Source of the DNA: TPA_inf: Saccharomyces
Taxonomy: Eukaryota
DNA length: 64,000 nt
Reading direction: 5' to 3'
NCBI GenBank assembly: GCA_000146045.2
Contig: BK006948.2
Coordinates: 224,001-288,000, forward strand
The notes under the pieces are model-generated. The model did no database searches and was not told the DNA's origin. It was given only the letters and a program-made list of their open reading frames with translations. Each line of letters starts with the position of its first letter. Within the stretch, counting starts at the first letter, position 1. Of this stretch, positions 9,637 to 23,149 are shown piece by piece. Made by a program: the position numbers and the translations under genes.

Positions 9637-10939
9637 TCTATGGTCCGCCTATTTGCGTAAGACACTATATGAAAACCTAAAAAATATAAAAAAGAAGCTA
9701 CAGTACAGTAATTGATTAACCTGGAAGAAAAAAAAGAAAAAAAGAGTTGATGCAAGGAGCGAGCTGTAGCGAATACAATATATACACGTATAGATATGCA
9801 GAGATGCTTTTAGTCGATTAGCAAAGTTTATTCGATGCCTAAATACCGGAGAACCGTGTTTGGAATTTTTTTTCTTCGAGTGGAAAAAAGTGAAAATTTC
9901 CAAAGTCAATCATTGTGTACGTACGCTGAAATTGGATGCAGAAGAGGTAAAAGGCGAAGGAAAAGAGGGCGAGGGTAAAAAGCCTGATTGCCAAACCATG
10001 GTGCCCAATTTATTGGATATTACTACTGATGGAAGGCTACATATCTCTGGCGCTTTCTATCAGCTGTCATCGATTTGAAATTCTTCTAGCCCTAGGAACG
10101 CCATTATGGGGCTTATCCGGGTAGCCAGTTGGCGGTTTTAGTTTTTTCACTTCTTGATTTTTTTCTAGTTCGAAGAATTTTTTCCACTGATGATTGAGCT
10201 ATAAAAGAGCCTGATTAAGATGAAGAGCTCCGATTCTCTTCGTTAACGGAGCATCAAACATGACGTTAGCGTCAAGTAACCTACGATATTTGTGCAACAG
10301 ACATGATGGAGTACCCTCATGCTTTGGCGCGTGCGCATCTATATAAGGTTAGGGACTGCAAAAGAAGCGGCGAGGCAGCCCACATCAAGTGGAACTACAC
10401 AGACTTCCTTGTCGCGATACTACGGTCCCAAGAGCAATCCTAACAAGCAATTACATATTCCCCCGCTGAACCTGTACAGTCCACGGATGGTGCAGAAGTT
10501 ATATGATTTGGGGGAAGACGCTTTTTCACATCTTCTTGCATGATAAGAGTAGTAGTAACTAAGTAATATGATTCAGTCAGTCTCTAGTTAATATAATTAG
10601 GCATTACCCTACATTGTGGCGGCCTCTTTTTTATTTCGAATCGGGCCTTCCTTCCACCCCGGCCCCGGTTGCGTCGATCAGAAAATTATATTATGGATGA
10701 GGATGATGAAGGTGCTTAACCTTTACAGTCAAACTTTTAATAGTCAACCATTCACAAGGACTAGGAATTTGTCTCTGGAAACAGCTGGTTCCACAAAGAA
10801 GTACTTCCACGACATTGCTATATACTTGTGCTGGTATATTTTTCTTTGTTAGTTAAACCCCATTTTTATAAGCGTATCGTTTCGTATAGTGCCGTACTCA
10901 AAGATCAAGGATTAAAACGCTATTTCTTTTAAATCTGCT

Positions 10940-12957
10940 ATGTCTGCTGCTCCTGTCCAAGACAAAGACACTCTGTCCAATGCCGAGCGTGCGAAGAACG
11001 TCAACGGGTTGCTTCAGGTGCTCATGGACATTAACACTCTGAACGGAGGGAGCTCCGACACTGCTGATAAGATAAGAATTCATGCCAAAAACTTCGAGGC
11101 AGCTTTGTTCGCAAAGAGCTCTTCAAAGAAAGAATACATGGACAGCATGAACGAAAAAGTTGCTGTCATGCGCAACACGTACAATACGAGGAAAAACGCC
11201 GTTACTGCTGCTGCCGCTAATAACAACATTAAACCCGTGGAACAGCACCATATTAACAACTTGAAAAATTCTGGCAACAGCGCCAATAATATGAATGTCA
11301 ATATGAATCTAAACCCACAGATGTTCTTGAATCAGCAGGCTCAGGCAAGGCAACAGGTTGCGCAACAATTAAGAAATCAACAACAACAACAACAACAGCA
11401 GCAGCAGCAACAGAGGCGTCAATTGACTCCTCAACAACAACAATTAGTGAACCAGATGAAAGTGGCACCTATTCCCAAACAATTACTGCAAAGAATTCCT
11501 AACATTCCACCCAATATCAACACCTGGCAGCAGGTCACTGCTTTGGCTCAACAAAAGCTATTGACACCTCAGGATATGGAAGCTGCGAAGGAAGTCTACA
11601 AGATTCACCAGCAGTTGCTATTCAAAGCAAGGCTACAGCAACAACAAGCACAGGCTCAAGCACAAGCTAATAACAACAACAACGGCCTCCCCCAAAATGG
11701 TAATATTAACAATAACATAAATATTCCTCAACAGCAGCAAATGCAACCTCCCAATTCAAGTGCGAACAACAACCCTTTGCAACAGCAATCATCACAAAAT
11801 ACCGTACCAAACGTCCTCAACCAAATTAACCAAATCTTTTCTCCAGAGGAGCAACGCAGCTTATTACAAGAAGCCATCGAAACCTGCAAGAATTTTGAAA
11901 AAACACAATTGGGTAGTACGATGACGGAACCTGTCAAGCAAAGTTTTATTAGGAAATACATTAACCAAAAGGCCCTGAGAAAAATCCAAGCTTTGAGAGA
12001 TGTTAAGAACAACAATAACGCTAACAACAACGGCTCGAACCTTCAGAGAGCCCAAAATGTCCCTATGAATATCATCCAACAACAACAACAACAGAACACG
12101 AACAATAATGACACCATTGCCACTTCTGCTACACCTAATGCTGCCGCTTTCTCTCAGCAACAGAACGCAAGTTCTAAATTATATCAGATGCAACAACAGC
12201 AACAAGCTCAAGCTCAAGCTCAAGCTCAAGCTCAGGCACAGGCTCAAGCACAAGCTCAAGCACAGGCGGCACAAGCGGCGCAAGCGCAAGCACAAGCACA
12301 AGCACAAGCACAAGCACAGGCACAGGCACAGGCACAAGCCCAGGCGCAGGCCCAAGCCCAAGCCCAAGCACAAGCACAAGCACACGCTCAGCACCAGCCC
12401 TCCCAACAACCACAACAAGCTCAGCAACAACCTAACCCACTACATGGGTTGACACCTACTGCAAAGGATGTCGAAGTAATTAAGCAATTGTCCTTGGATG
12501 CTTCTAAGACCAACCTAAGGCTTACGGACGTAACAAATTCTTTATCCAATGAAGAAAAGGAAAAAATTAAAATGAAGTTAAAGCAAGGTCAAAAGCTTTT
12601 TGTTCAGGTGAGTAATTTCGCCCCACAAGTCTACATCATCACAAAGAATGAAAACTTCTTGAAGGAAGTTTTTCAGTTAAGAATCTTTGTAAAAGAGATC
12701 CTAGAAAAATGTGCCGAGGGTATATTTGTTGTTAAATTAGACACCGTTGACAGGTTAATTATTAAGTATCAAAAATATTGGGAAAGTATGAGAATTCAAA
12801 TTTTAAGAAGACAAGCTATTTTAAGACAACAACAGCAAATGGCAAACAACAATGGGAACCCAGGCACTACTTCTACTGGAAACAATAATAATATTGCAAC
12901 TCAGCAAAATATGCAACAGTCACTACAGCAAATGCAGCATTTACAGCAATTGAAAAT

Positions 12958-13023
<66 letters not shown>

Positions 13024-14185
13024 ACAGCACATATATCCCTCCTCGACTCCTGGTGTGGCTAATTATTCGGCAATGGCTAATGCACCCGGTAACAATATCC
13101 CATATATGAACCATAAAAATACCTCTAGCATGGATTTTTTGAACTCTATGGAAAATACACCAAAAGTTCCCGTATCCGCTGCGGCAACCCCATCACTGAA
13201 CAAGACGATCAACGGTAAGGTGAATGGCAGGACAAAATCTAATACGATACCTGTTACCAGCATTCCATCAACAAATAAGAAACTATCAATTTCAAATGCC
13301 GCTAGTCAACAACCCACTCCTAGGTCTGCATCAAATACCGCTAAGTCAACCCCAAATACAAATCCTTCTCCACTGAAAACCCAAACTAAAAATGGCACAC
13401 CAAACCCCAATAATATGAAGACTGTACAGTCTCCTATGGGTGCACAACCATCATATAATAGTGCCATTATAGAGAATGCATTCAGAAAGGAAGAACTCTT
13501 GTTAAAAGATTTGGAAATCAGGAAGTTGGAGATATCTTCTCGTTTTAAACATCGCCAAGAAATTTTCAAAGATTCTCCTATGGATTTGTTTATGAGTACG
13601 CTGGGTGATTGCTTAGGTATCAAAGATGAAGAGATGCTTACGTCATGCACTATCCCAAAGGCTGTGGTTGATCACATCAACGGCTCTGGCAAAAGGAAGC
13701 CTACAAAAGCGGCTCAAAGGGCTCGCGATCAAGATTCCATTGACATTTCCATAAAAGACAACAAATTGGTTATGAAGAGTAAATTCAATAAGAGCAATAG
13801 GTCGTATTCGATAGCGTTGTCCAATGTAGCTGCTATATTCAAGGGTATCGGTGGTAACTTTAAAGACTTGTCCACTTTGGTTCATTCATCATCGCCGTCC
13901 ACATCTTCTAATATGGATGTCGGCAACCCAAGAAAAAGAAAAGCCAGCGTATTAGAAATAAGCCCGCAAGATTCGATAGCCTCGGTGCTATCACCAGATT
14001 CAAATATAATGAGTGATTCTAAAAAAATTAAAGTAGATTCTCCTGATGACCCATTCATGACAAAATCAGGAGCCACAACTAGTGAAAAACAAGAAGTAAC
14101 AAATGAAGCTCCATTTTTAACTTCTGGGACTAGTTCAGAACAATTCAATGTATGGGATTGGAATAATTGGACAAGTGCTACTTGA
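10940..14185 (+). CDS. GAL11: Mediator tail subunit Med15, Gln/Asn-rich, 1081 aa
   Basis: A 1081-aa ORF with an N-terminal KIX-like region, polyQ tracts and a long (QA)n tract, at the YOL051W position. Confidence 0.9.
11378..11413 (+). repeat. CAA/CAG polyglutamine-coding tract (12 Q) in GAL11
   Basis: Direct read: caacaacaacaacaacagcagcagcagcaacag. Confidence 0.9.
12205..12390 (+). repeat. hexanucleotide (CARGCW)~31 tandem repeat encoding (Gln-Ala)n in GAL11
   Basis: Direct read: caagctcaagct...caggcacaggcacaagcc... This produces the spurious ORFs in the other frames and on the opposite strand. Confidence 0.95.
12958..13029 (+). repeat. CAG/CAA polyglutamine tract (23 Q) in GAL11
   Basis: Direct read: gcagcagcaacaacaacagcagcaacaacaacag... 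Confidence 0.9.
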
Positions 14186-14615
14186 ACATTTGAAGTTTCC
14201 ATACTTTTGATACTTTTGAAGTTACTTCGTTTGGTGTTATGGTCACCAACATCTTTTTTTTCTCCTTCTTTCAAACTCTTTTTTAACTCCAGAAAAGAAA
14301 TTCTTTATTTCACAAAAATTTCTCCCCACTTTTAATGTAATTTTTCTTTATATAATATATATATATATATACATGAGTATCAATACAATATAACCTAATC
14401 TAGCTTTTTATCCAATGGACTTGACTATCATCAGTACTAGAAAGTGTCATTTCCATCAGTACGCTTTTTTGGCCGGGTTAGCTAGTGCTGACAAATAGTT
14501 GAACCTTCTTGAATTATCTAAATGTCTCCCAAATCAACCACATCCATATACGATCCTCCAAAGGTAGCAAAGTGCCACTTCAAGCAATTATAGGAAGAAA
14601 GCACTACTCCTATAA

Positions 14616-16094
<1,479 letters not shown>

Positions 16095-16203
16095 GTGTAC
16101 ATGTACTATACACATAGATGCTAGGAAGATGATGCTAGAACTTGATTAACAATTAGTTAAGGAATATATAATCACACTTCTACATAAATTTGCTGTTTTA
16201 GGC

Positions 16204-17310
16204 TCATTCCTTCTTTCTTTCACCCTTTAGTAGCGAAGTACACCATTTAGCTGCACCAACAGTGTTGCTAGATATGGTGACTATTGTGAAGAAGGGTATT
16301 AACTCTAGTAGACCGGCAGACATACCGAAACATATGAAACTTGCGTAATGCTCGTACTGAAAATCTTTGGCCTGTTTCTTACTGAATCCCTTTAGTAAAA
16401 AGTACCTCTGCAAATAGGTAAAGGTTCTTTTTGGGGCCATTAGTTGATTTGCCAAGATTGGTCCTACAATAGGAATTAGCGACAGTAATGTTAGTGAAGT
16501 AAAATTGGAGACTTTAAAAAACATTCTGAATAGTAATCTGGGAATCTTAAAAATCCGACTTCCCTTTATTGTGTTGAAATTTCTCACCGCATCAGGTTCA
16601 TCGATTTTTCTATGTGGCTTTTGTGGTTTAGGCAATACCTTCACCTCGTTTAGAAATTCATCTTGGTCTTGCAACACCAAAGATATATCAAATATCTGAT
16701 TCGTAATATGGGTCAGGACCAGTGTTCTACAAACAAAGGCAGTCAAGACATTCGTTTGTAAAATCCATTGAATATGAACCAGTATCACACCAAGAGGCCC
16801 TAATAACAGTATGGCCCATGTCACTAAAAGCGGTACAAGTGTGACATAAAAGAGACCAGCAATAGTGACAAAAATCAGGGCATAGCAAACCGCAAACAGT
16901 AAAATATGCTTCCAATAAACAGGATTCGTCAGCACTTCATAAAACCCCTACGGTTAACAAATAAAAATTAAATATGTTAGTCATAAAACAAGTCATATCA
17001 ATGCAAACAAAAATCATGTACTTACTAAGAATGGGTAGATAAATGCTCTTGAGTTGAAAATTTCTTTAATGAAGTTTTTTCTAAGCAGTTCGTATCTCAC
17101 TTTCATTGTTGGTATCGTTTCAGGAAACCAAATATCAAACTGTCTTATGAAAATCTTTAGCCAACGACTTACGTTACTTTCCTTTGAAGAACTGTGTTCT
17201 TTGAATTGTCTTTTTAAACGTTGTGGCCCCTTTTCTGCAAGGGTCATAGAATTAGCATATGTGGCGTGAGAAGCCTGGCTGTGACTTATAAGCTCAATTC
17301 CGGCTTTCAT
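16204..17310 (-). CDS. RRT8: multi-pass membrane protein of the RRT8/LDS family, two exons with a 78-nt intron, ~342 aa
   Basis: Exon 1 is 17026-17310 and exon 2 is 16204-16947. The intron is 16948-17025 on the minus strand, with 5'ss GTAAGT, branch GACTAAC and 3'ss TAG. The exons join in frame (...YPFL|GFYEVLTNPVYWKH...). The product is paralogous to the downstream gene. Confidence 0.7.
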
Positions 17311-17613
17311 CCTTAGTTTGTCTTTACAGCCAACCAGGGGTCCTCAGGGATATACCTTGCCCTTTTTTTCCTTTTTTTGACGTCCCTTCACCTTTCTTGA
17401 AAGTGATTTACTTTATTTAGGTTTTGAAGTTCCGAGTGTAACCACCCTGATTTTCATAAGTCCCCTGATTTCCCAAATTTTTTATGCATATACAAATGTT
17501 GAAAAGAAACGAATATTATTAGCAAGTAATATATAGTATATAGTATATATATATATTTATATATGTAAACATATAATGAATATATAAATTGGTATGTAAA
17601 AGAGTTGCGAGCT

Positions 17614-18747
17614 TCATGGCGGATTAATGTGAGCTATAGATTGTTGGATTGGAGGTGCATAGGATCCTACAGTAGGCTCTTCTGGTTCCGCAGGAGGGGA
17701 AGGAGGTACGGCTGGCTGGTCCCGGTCTTTTATCTCTTTAACTATCCAAAGCGAAGCACCTACTGCGTTTGTTCCAATGAACAACCCACCCAGAATGGGA
17801 ATAGACTCTAATAAACCGCTGGATATCGAGTAAAGGAGCCACTTGGCAAAGCCCTTGTAGTAAACTTTGGAAAGTTTGCGCGAATCCAAATGTAGCACGT
17901 CAACAAAATAAGGCTCAAAATAGTAAAATCCCATTCCGGGGCTAAATGGTAGCATATTGATTGTAATTGGACCCACTATTGGAACGAGCAACAATAAAAG
18001 AAACATAAAGGCTATGAAGATGTACCAGAAGAAAAAAATGAAAAACTGCGGCAAAGAGACGAGGTAAAACCGTTTCGAAAAGAGGCCACCCAAACGATGT
18101 GACCTTCTGTAGACAAAGGGCGTGAAACTTATCGTTTCACAGGCTTCACTCAACTCTGTTAATCCCTTTCTTGCGAACGTCACTCCATAAATACGTGTGA
18201 AAAGAACGAAATCGGTACCCTTCACCATAGAATTACATAGCGTTGTGGAAATCAGAATAGTTTGCATATAAGCCAGAGGTAACGCAAAGAGTCCGAGAAA
18301 GGGCAAATAGATGCACACTAACAAGGACCACGCAAGGATTGACGTAAACGCAACAATAAGCAGGAGATTCAGCAGGTAGTATCCAAATATTAGGAAAAAT
18401 AGATGCAAATAATCCGAGTTTCCCACGGATTCGCTAATTCCCTTCAAAGGCGGTTAGTATGACGGCTTAAAAAACATGATCTGCTTATTGGAACATCAAC
18501 ATACTTTATACGGATACCAGATGATCTGGTGCGACGACTCTAGGTCTTTCCAAAAATTGTCTTTAACAAGCATAGCATTCTTGTACCATCGAACTATCGG
18601 AGCCTTGTATGCCATCCAAATTTTTGATTTCTTATGGTTCCCTTGGTCTTGGATGGGGAGTAATTGTGGTTCCTCCCCTTCTGCCAGTGGCGTAGAGGCA
18701 TATGGATGTCTATGGTAATACCAATCAGGTTGGGGTCTAGTCGACAT
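17614..18747 (-). CDS. LDS2: RRT8/LDS-family multi-pass membrane protein, two exons with a 63-nt intron, ~356 aa
   Basis: Exon 1 is 18505-18747 and exon 2 is 17614-18441. The intron is 18442-18504, with canonical GTATGT, TACTAAC and AG. The exons join in frame (...IIWYPYK|GISESVGNSDYL...). The C-terminal PPSPPAEPEEP tail matches. Confidence 0.7.
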
Positions 18748-18854
18748 GTTTGCTTGGTGTCTTAGCAGCTCTTATAGTTCTAATGCTATAACTAAGAAAG
18801 TAATAATAATAATAATAAAAAGCTTTATATAATGTTTTATTATGGAAGTTTCGT

Positions 18855-18863
18855 TTTTGTGGC
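18855..18863 (-). promoter_or_regulatory. candidate Ndt80 middle-sporulation element (GCCACAAAA, matching GNCRCAAAW) about 110 bp upstream of LDS2 exon 1
   Basis: The top strand reads ttttgtggc at 18855-18863, so the gene strand reads GCCACAAAA. LDS family genes are induced in sporulation. Confidence 0.4.
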
Positions 18864-19496
18864 GCGACGCGATCAGCCAAAATCAGCGGAAAAATTCGTC
18901 GGAACATTTTTTTCTTTTTTGGCCAAGCTATTGTTACAGGTGGGGCAGGGGCAAGAGACGATATGTCATCGCGAAGCTGTAAAGACACTTGTCGAAGTGA
19001 TAAAGCGCAAGAGCTGTTTGTCTACGGAACCAGCAAGTACTATCTAATAGCGTGTTCCAGAGAATAACAGCATTTTTCAACTTCTTTCTCCTGGTGTGAG
19101 TAATCAGTACGTGAAAAGAGAACGAAGTTAAAAAAAAAAACAAGAAAAAGAAACAAGATCAAAAGAAACGATAAAGGCTGGCTTATAAAATAATAGCATC
19201 GCGAACGATCAATAAGGGGCCCTGTTTATTTTTAACAAAGTTTACATATTTCGTTTTCCTCTTTAAGCTGACATCACGTCTATACCCTGTTTTATTCCTT
19301 GTTAGAAACATAACGGAGCAGGTAGTAACAACAACAGTATAAACTATCATAAACTTTTTTCCTTCCTTATTGGTGACTTTTAACACTTAGAATTCTAAGT
19401 CTGGCAAGAACAGTAATCATACTTCTTTGCAGGGCGTTTTATTGTTACTCCTCTGCCCTGCTAGATTAAAGTAAAGAATCATAAACAAAGAACACA

Positions 19497-22400
19497 ATGA
19501 CATACCCGGTTAGTGCAGCCGCTCCTGCCGACATTTCATATTCTAAAAATACCCCGTTGGTAGGGCTCTCTAAACCTCCATGCTTGTACCAACACGCTTC
19601 CTCGTCCGTCGATTCGTTTTCGTCAACATTCAGTGATGATGATCGTTCGGACCTTGTTGCTGTACCTAATGAGTCGCCGCATGCATTTTCGTATAATCCC
19701 ATATCACCAAACTCACTGGGAGTAAGGTTGACCATCTTAAGAAGGTCTTTGGAAATAATGGTAAACAGTCCTGACATCTTACATGAGTTGAAGAAAAAAG
19801 CACCCGTAATAGCATACCCCCCCTCACTTAGACACACAAGAAACTTAACAGAGACTGCCACGTTATCAGCATCGCGAGATCCGTTAAATGGGTCTCTAAT
19901 TTCACCATTAGTATCCAATATGCCATCTCCTGCTAGTAGACCCGTGATACAGAGAGCAACGTCCTTAATGGTGTTGCCTGATAATGATACTGCCAGTAAA
20001 CTGAATCCAGCCAAGTCCGAGTTAGAAAACTTGTTATTCTTGCTAAATTTAGCATTGGAAAACAATTCCTTCGAAAGAGCTTCCGATTTACACATGCTAT
20101 CGTTATTGAATATCAAGAAAATAAACTTTGATTCAGACATTCAAAAATCAGAAACTTTGAAAAAGGTTTTATTAGATAGTTTAGCAGAACCATTTTTTGA
20201 AAACTACAAGAAGTTCCCTCACAAAGATTTAGGTTCGAAATCGCAATATAATGAATATGAGGAGAAACACGATGATATAGTCTCCTTAGCAGACATCAAA
20301 CCACAACAGGACTATAGCCGAATTCTTCATCCTTTCACATCTGCAAAAAATTCTGGTCCAGAGGCCATTTTTACATGTTCTCAACAATACCCCTGGAACT
20401 TCAAAGCTGCCAATGATTTGGCGTGTCTAACGTTCGGTATATCAAAGAATGTTATCAAGGCACTTACTTTACTAGACCTTATTCATACGGATAGCAGAAA
20501 TTTTGTTCTAGAGAAAATCATGAATGCAGAAGATGATAACCAAGAAATTGTGTTTACCGGAGAAACTATACCTATCGTCCAGCCAAATTCGACAAGCAAT
20601 AATAATGTACCAAATCTGATTTGGGCTTCACTATGGGCCAAGCGGAAGAATGGCCTACTGGTCTGCGTATTTGAAAAAACGCCTTGCGATTACATTGACG
20701 TCATGTTAAACTTGAGAGATTTTTCAGTGGACAGCATTATTGATACAACACACTTTCTGGAAAACTTTGACAAGAAAAAGCAGCAAGAATCAACTTCGCC
20801 AATGACAGAAAAGAAAACGGTAAAATTTGCAAATGAAATTCACGATATTGGGTCAGTAAGTCACTCACTGAGTAAACTAATTGATGATGTACGTTTTGGA
20901 AAAGTGTTTTCTGCAGATGATGATTTATTACCCTTGTCTATCAGGGTGGCAAATCATGTCAACGAAGAGAGATATTTTACGTTGAATTGTCTATCTGAAA
21001 ATATACCATGTGCTGTTACAACTTCCGTATTGGAAAACGAAATAAAATTAAAAATTCATAGTTTGCCCTATCAGGCTGGGCTATTTATTGTTGACAGTCA
21101 CACTTTAAGTCTTTTAAGTTTCAACAAATCAGTCGCCAAAAACATGTTTGGCTTGCGACTTCACGAGTTGGCCGGTAGTTCGGTTACTAAGTTGGTTCCT
21201 TCTTTGGCGGACATGATATCTTATATCAATAAAACTTATCCTATGTTAAATATCACATTACCAGAAAATAAAGGATTGGTTTTAACAGAACATTTTTTCA
21301 GAAAAATTGAGGCTGAAATGCATCATGATAAGGACTCGTTTTACACTTCTATTGGTCTAGACGGCTGTCACAAAGATGGTAATTTGATAAAGGTGGATGT
21401 TCAATTACGGGTCTTGAATACGAATGCTGTATTATTATGGATTACACACTCAAGAGACGTGGTCATTGAAAATTATACCACCGTTCCTTCGCAGCTACCG
21501 ATGTTAAAGGAGAACGAAATTGATGTCGTTGGCAGTAGAGGTAGTTCCAGTGCATCTTCCAAGAAATCTTCGGAAAAAATTCCTGTGAATACTTTGAAGG
21601 CAATGGCTGATCTGTCGATTAGCTCCGCTGAAACGATTTCTAATTCAGACGATGAAGTAGACTTAAATCAAGTGAATGAAAAACTACGAGAAACTTCTTG
21701 CGGTAAAGTGAGAGGTATCGAATCTAATGACAACAATAACTATGACGATGACATGACAATGGTTGATGATCCTGAGTTAAAACATAAAATTGAATTAACG
21801 AAAATGTACACGCAGGACAAATCAAAATTTGTAAAGGACGACAACTTTAAAGTGGATGAAAAATTTATAATGAGGATAATTGAACCGATAAACGGAGAAG
21901 AAATCAAAAAGGAAACAAATGAGCTAGACAAAAGAAATTCTACTTTAAAAGCTACGTACTTGACTACTCCAGAGGCTAATATAGGCTCACAAAAGCGCAT
22001 AAAGAAATTTTCTGATTTTACTATTCTGCAAGTGATGGGTGAGGGTGCGTACGGTAAAGTCAATTTATGCATTCATAACAGAGAACACTATATCGTGGTC
22101 ATCAAAATGATTTTCAAAGAGAGGATTTTAGTAGACACATGGGTGAGAGATAGAAAATTAGGTACTATACCTTCTGAGATCCAAATTATGGCGACCTTGA
22201 ATAAAAATTCCCAAGAAAATATCTTGAAGTTATTAGATTTTTTTGAAGATGACGATTATTATTACATTGAAACACCGGTCCATGGAGAAACTGGTAGTAT
22301 TGATCTATTTGATGTTATCGAATTCAAAAAAGATATGGTTGAACATGAAGCTAAACTGGTGTTTAAACAGGTAGTCGCTAGTATAAAGCATTTACATGAC

Positions 22401-22802
22401 CAAGGAATTGTTCATAGAGACATAAAGGACGAAAATGTTATTGTTGATTCTCATGGCTTTGTAAAATTAATCGATTTCGGTTCGGCTGCCTATATCAAGA
22501 GTGGACCATTCGATGTTTTTGTGGGAACAATGGACTATGCTGCACCTGAAGTCCTTGGTGGTTCCTCTTACAAAGGTAAACCACAAGATATTTGGGCTCT
22601 TGGTGTGCTACTTTATACCATAATTTATAAAGAGAATCCTTATTACAACATTGATGAAATCTTGGAAGGTGAATTAAGGTTCGATAAATCGGAACATGTC
22701 AGTGAAGAATGCATCAGTTTGATAAAAAGAATTTTGACAAGAGAAGTTGATAAAAGACCTACTATTGATGAAATATATGAAGATAAATGGCTTAAAATCT
22801 AG
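19497..22802 (+). CDS. PSK2: PAS-domain Ser/Thr protein kinase, 1101 aa, with C-terminal kinase domain
   Basis: The kinase subdomains are present (GEGAYGKV...HRDIKDEN...DFGSA...APE) with an upstream PAS-like region. The 1101-aa length matches YOL045W. Confidence 0.85.
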   Translation: MTYPVSAAAPADISYSKNTPLVGLSKPPCLYQHASSSVDSFSSTFSDDDRSDLVAVPNESPHAFSYNPISPNSLGVRLTILRRSLEIMVNSPDILHELKKKAPVIAYPPSLRHTRNLTETATLSASRDPLNGSLISPLVSNMPSPASRPVIQRATSLMVLPDNDTASKLNPAKSELENLLFLLNLALENNSFERASDLHMLSLLNIKKINFDSDIQKSETLKKVLLDSLAEPFFENYKKFPHKDLGSKSQYNEYEEKHDDIVSLADIKPQQDYSRILHPFTSAKNSGPEAIFTCSQQYPWNFKAANDLACLTFGISKNVIKALTLLDLIHTDSRNFVLEKIMNAEDDNQEIVFTGETIPIVQPNSTSNNNVPNLIWASLWAKRKNGLLVCVFEKTPCDYIDVMLNLRDFSVDSIIDTTHFLENFDKKKQQESTSPMTEKKTVKFANEIHDIGSVSHSLSKLIDDVRFGKVFSADDDLLPLSIRVANHVNEERYFTLNCLSENIPCAVTTSVLENEIKLKIHSLPYQAGLFIVDSHTLSLLSFNKSVAKNMFGLRLHELAGSSVTKLVPSLADMISYINKTYPMLNITLPENKGLVLTEHFFRKIEAEMHHDKDSFYTSIGLDGCHKDGNLIKVDVQLRVLNTNAVLLWITHSRDVVIENYTTVPSQLPMLKENEIDVVGSRGSSSASSKKSSEKIPVNTLKAMADLSISSAETISNSDDEVDLNQVNEKLRETSCGKVRGIESNDNNNYDDDMTMVDDPELKHKIELTKMYTQDKSKFVKDDNFKVDEKFIMRIIEPINGEEIKKETNELDKRNSTLKATYLTTPEANIGSQKRIKKFSDFTILQVMGEGAYGKVNLCIHNREHYIVVIKMIFKERILVDTWVRDRKLGTIPSEIQIMATLNKNSQENILKLLDFFEDDDYYYIETPVHGETGSIDLFDVIEFKKDMVEHEAKLVFKQVVASIKHLHDQGIVHRDIKDENVIVDSHGFVKLIDFGSAAYIKSGPFDVFVGTMDYAAPEVLGGSSYKGKPQDIWALGVLLYTIIYKENPYYNIDEILEGELRFDKSEHVSEECISLIKRILTREVDKRPTIDEIYEDKWLKI

Positions 22803-23149
22803 TTTTCCGTACTCTCCAAGATAAAGGGAAAGAATAATTTAATCCATTTTCATAACCATTTACCTTCATAAATGTTCTATTCTTTTTTTGGCTATATATT
22901 AATTACATTTTTAATATCATATCATTGCTCTATATCCTTCTTGTCCAGCCTCTATGCAGTATTTTCTTTCATTCTATTTTGGGGCAAACTTCTGCGCTGA
23001 GCGGCTTATCGCCGTCGGAGTGACATCAAGTACCATAGAAAAGTCATCGTAGACTTACATATTTAGGCAAGAGAAATAGTTAGGTAAACAGAAAGAGGCA
23101 CTAGCAGAACGTACTACGGTGTGGTTTATACAAGAGGGTTCTGTGAATA

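Noticed and set aside
10319-10852. 74-aa and 78-aa ORFs in the SPE2-GAL11 intergenic region
   Set aside because: They are short, have no motifs, and lie in promoter DNA, corresponding to a dubious-ORF position. The region may still be transcribed as a GAL11 5' UTR or upstream transcript.
12108-12452. 114-aa, 83-aa and 79-aa ORFs (both strands) encoding poly-KH, poly-LC and poly-LV/LE peptides
   Set aside because: They are alternative frames and the antisense of the GAL11 (CARGCW)n hexanucleotide repeat. They exist only because the repeat lacks stops.
19466-20140. 224-aa ORF antisense to the 5' end of PSK2
   Set aside because: It lies entirely within and opposite a well-supported 1101-aa kinase gene and has no recognisable features. 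It corresponds to a dubious-ORF position (YOL046C-like).
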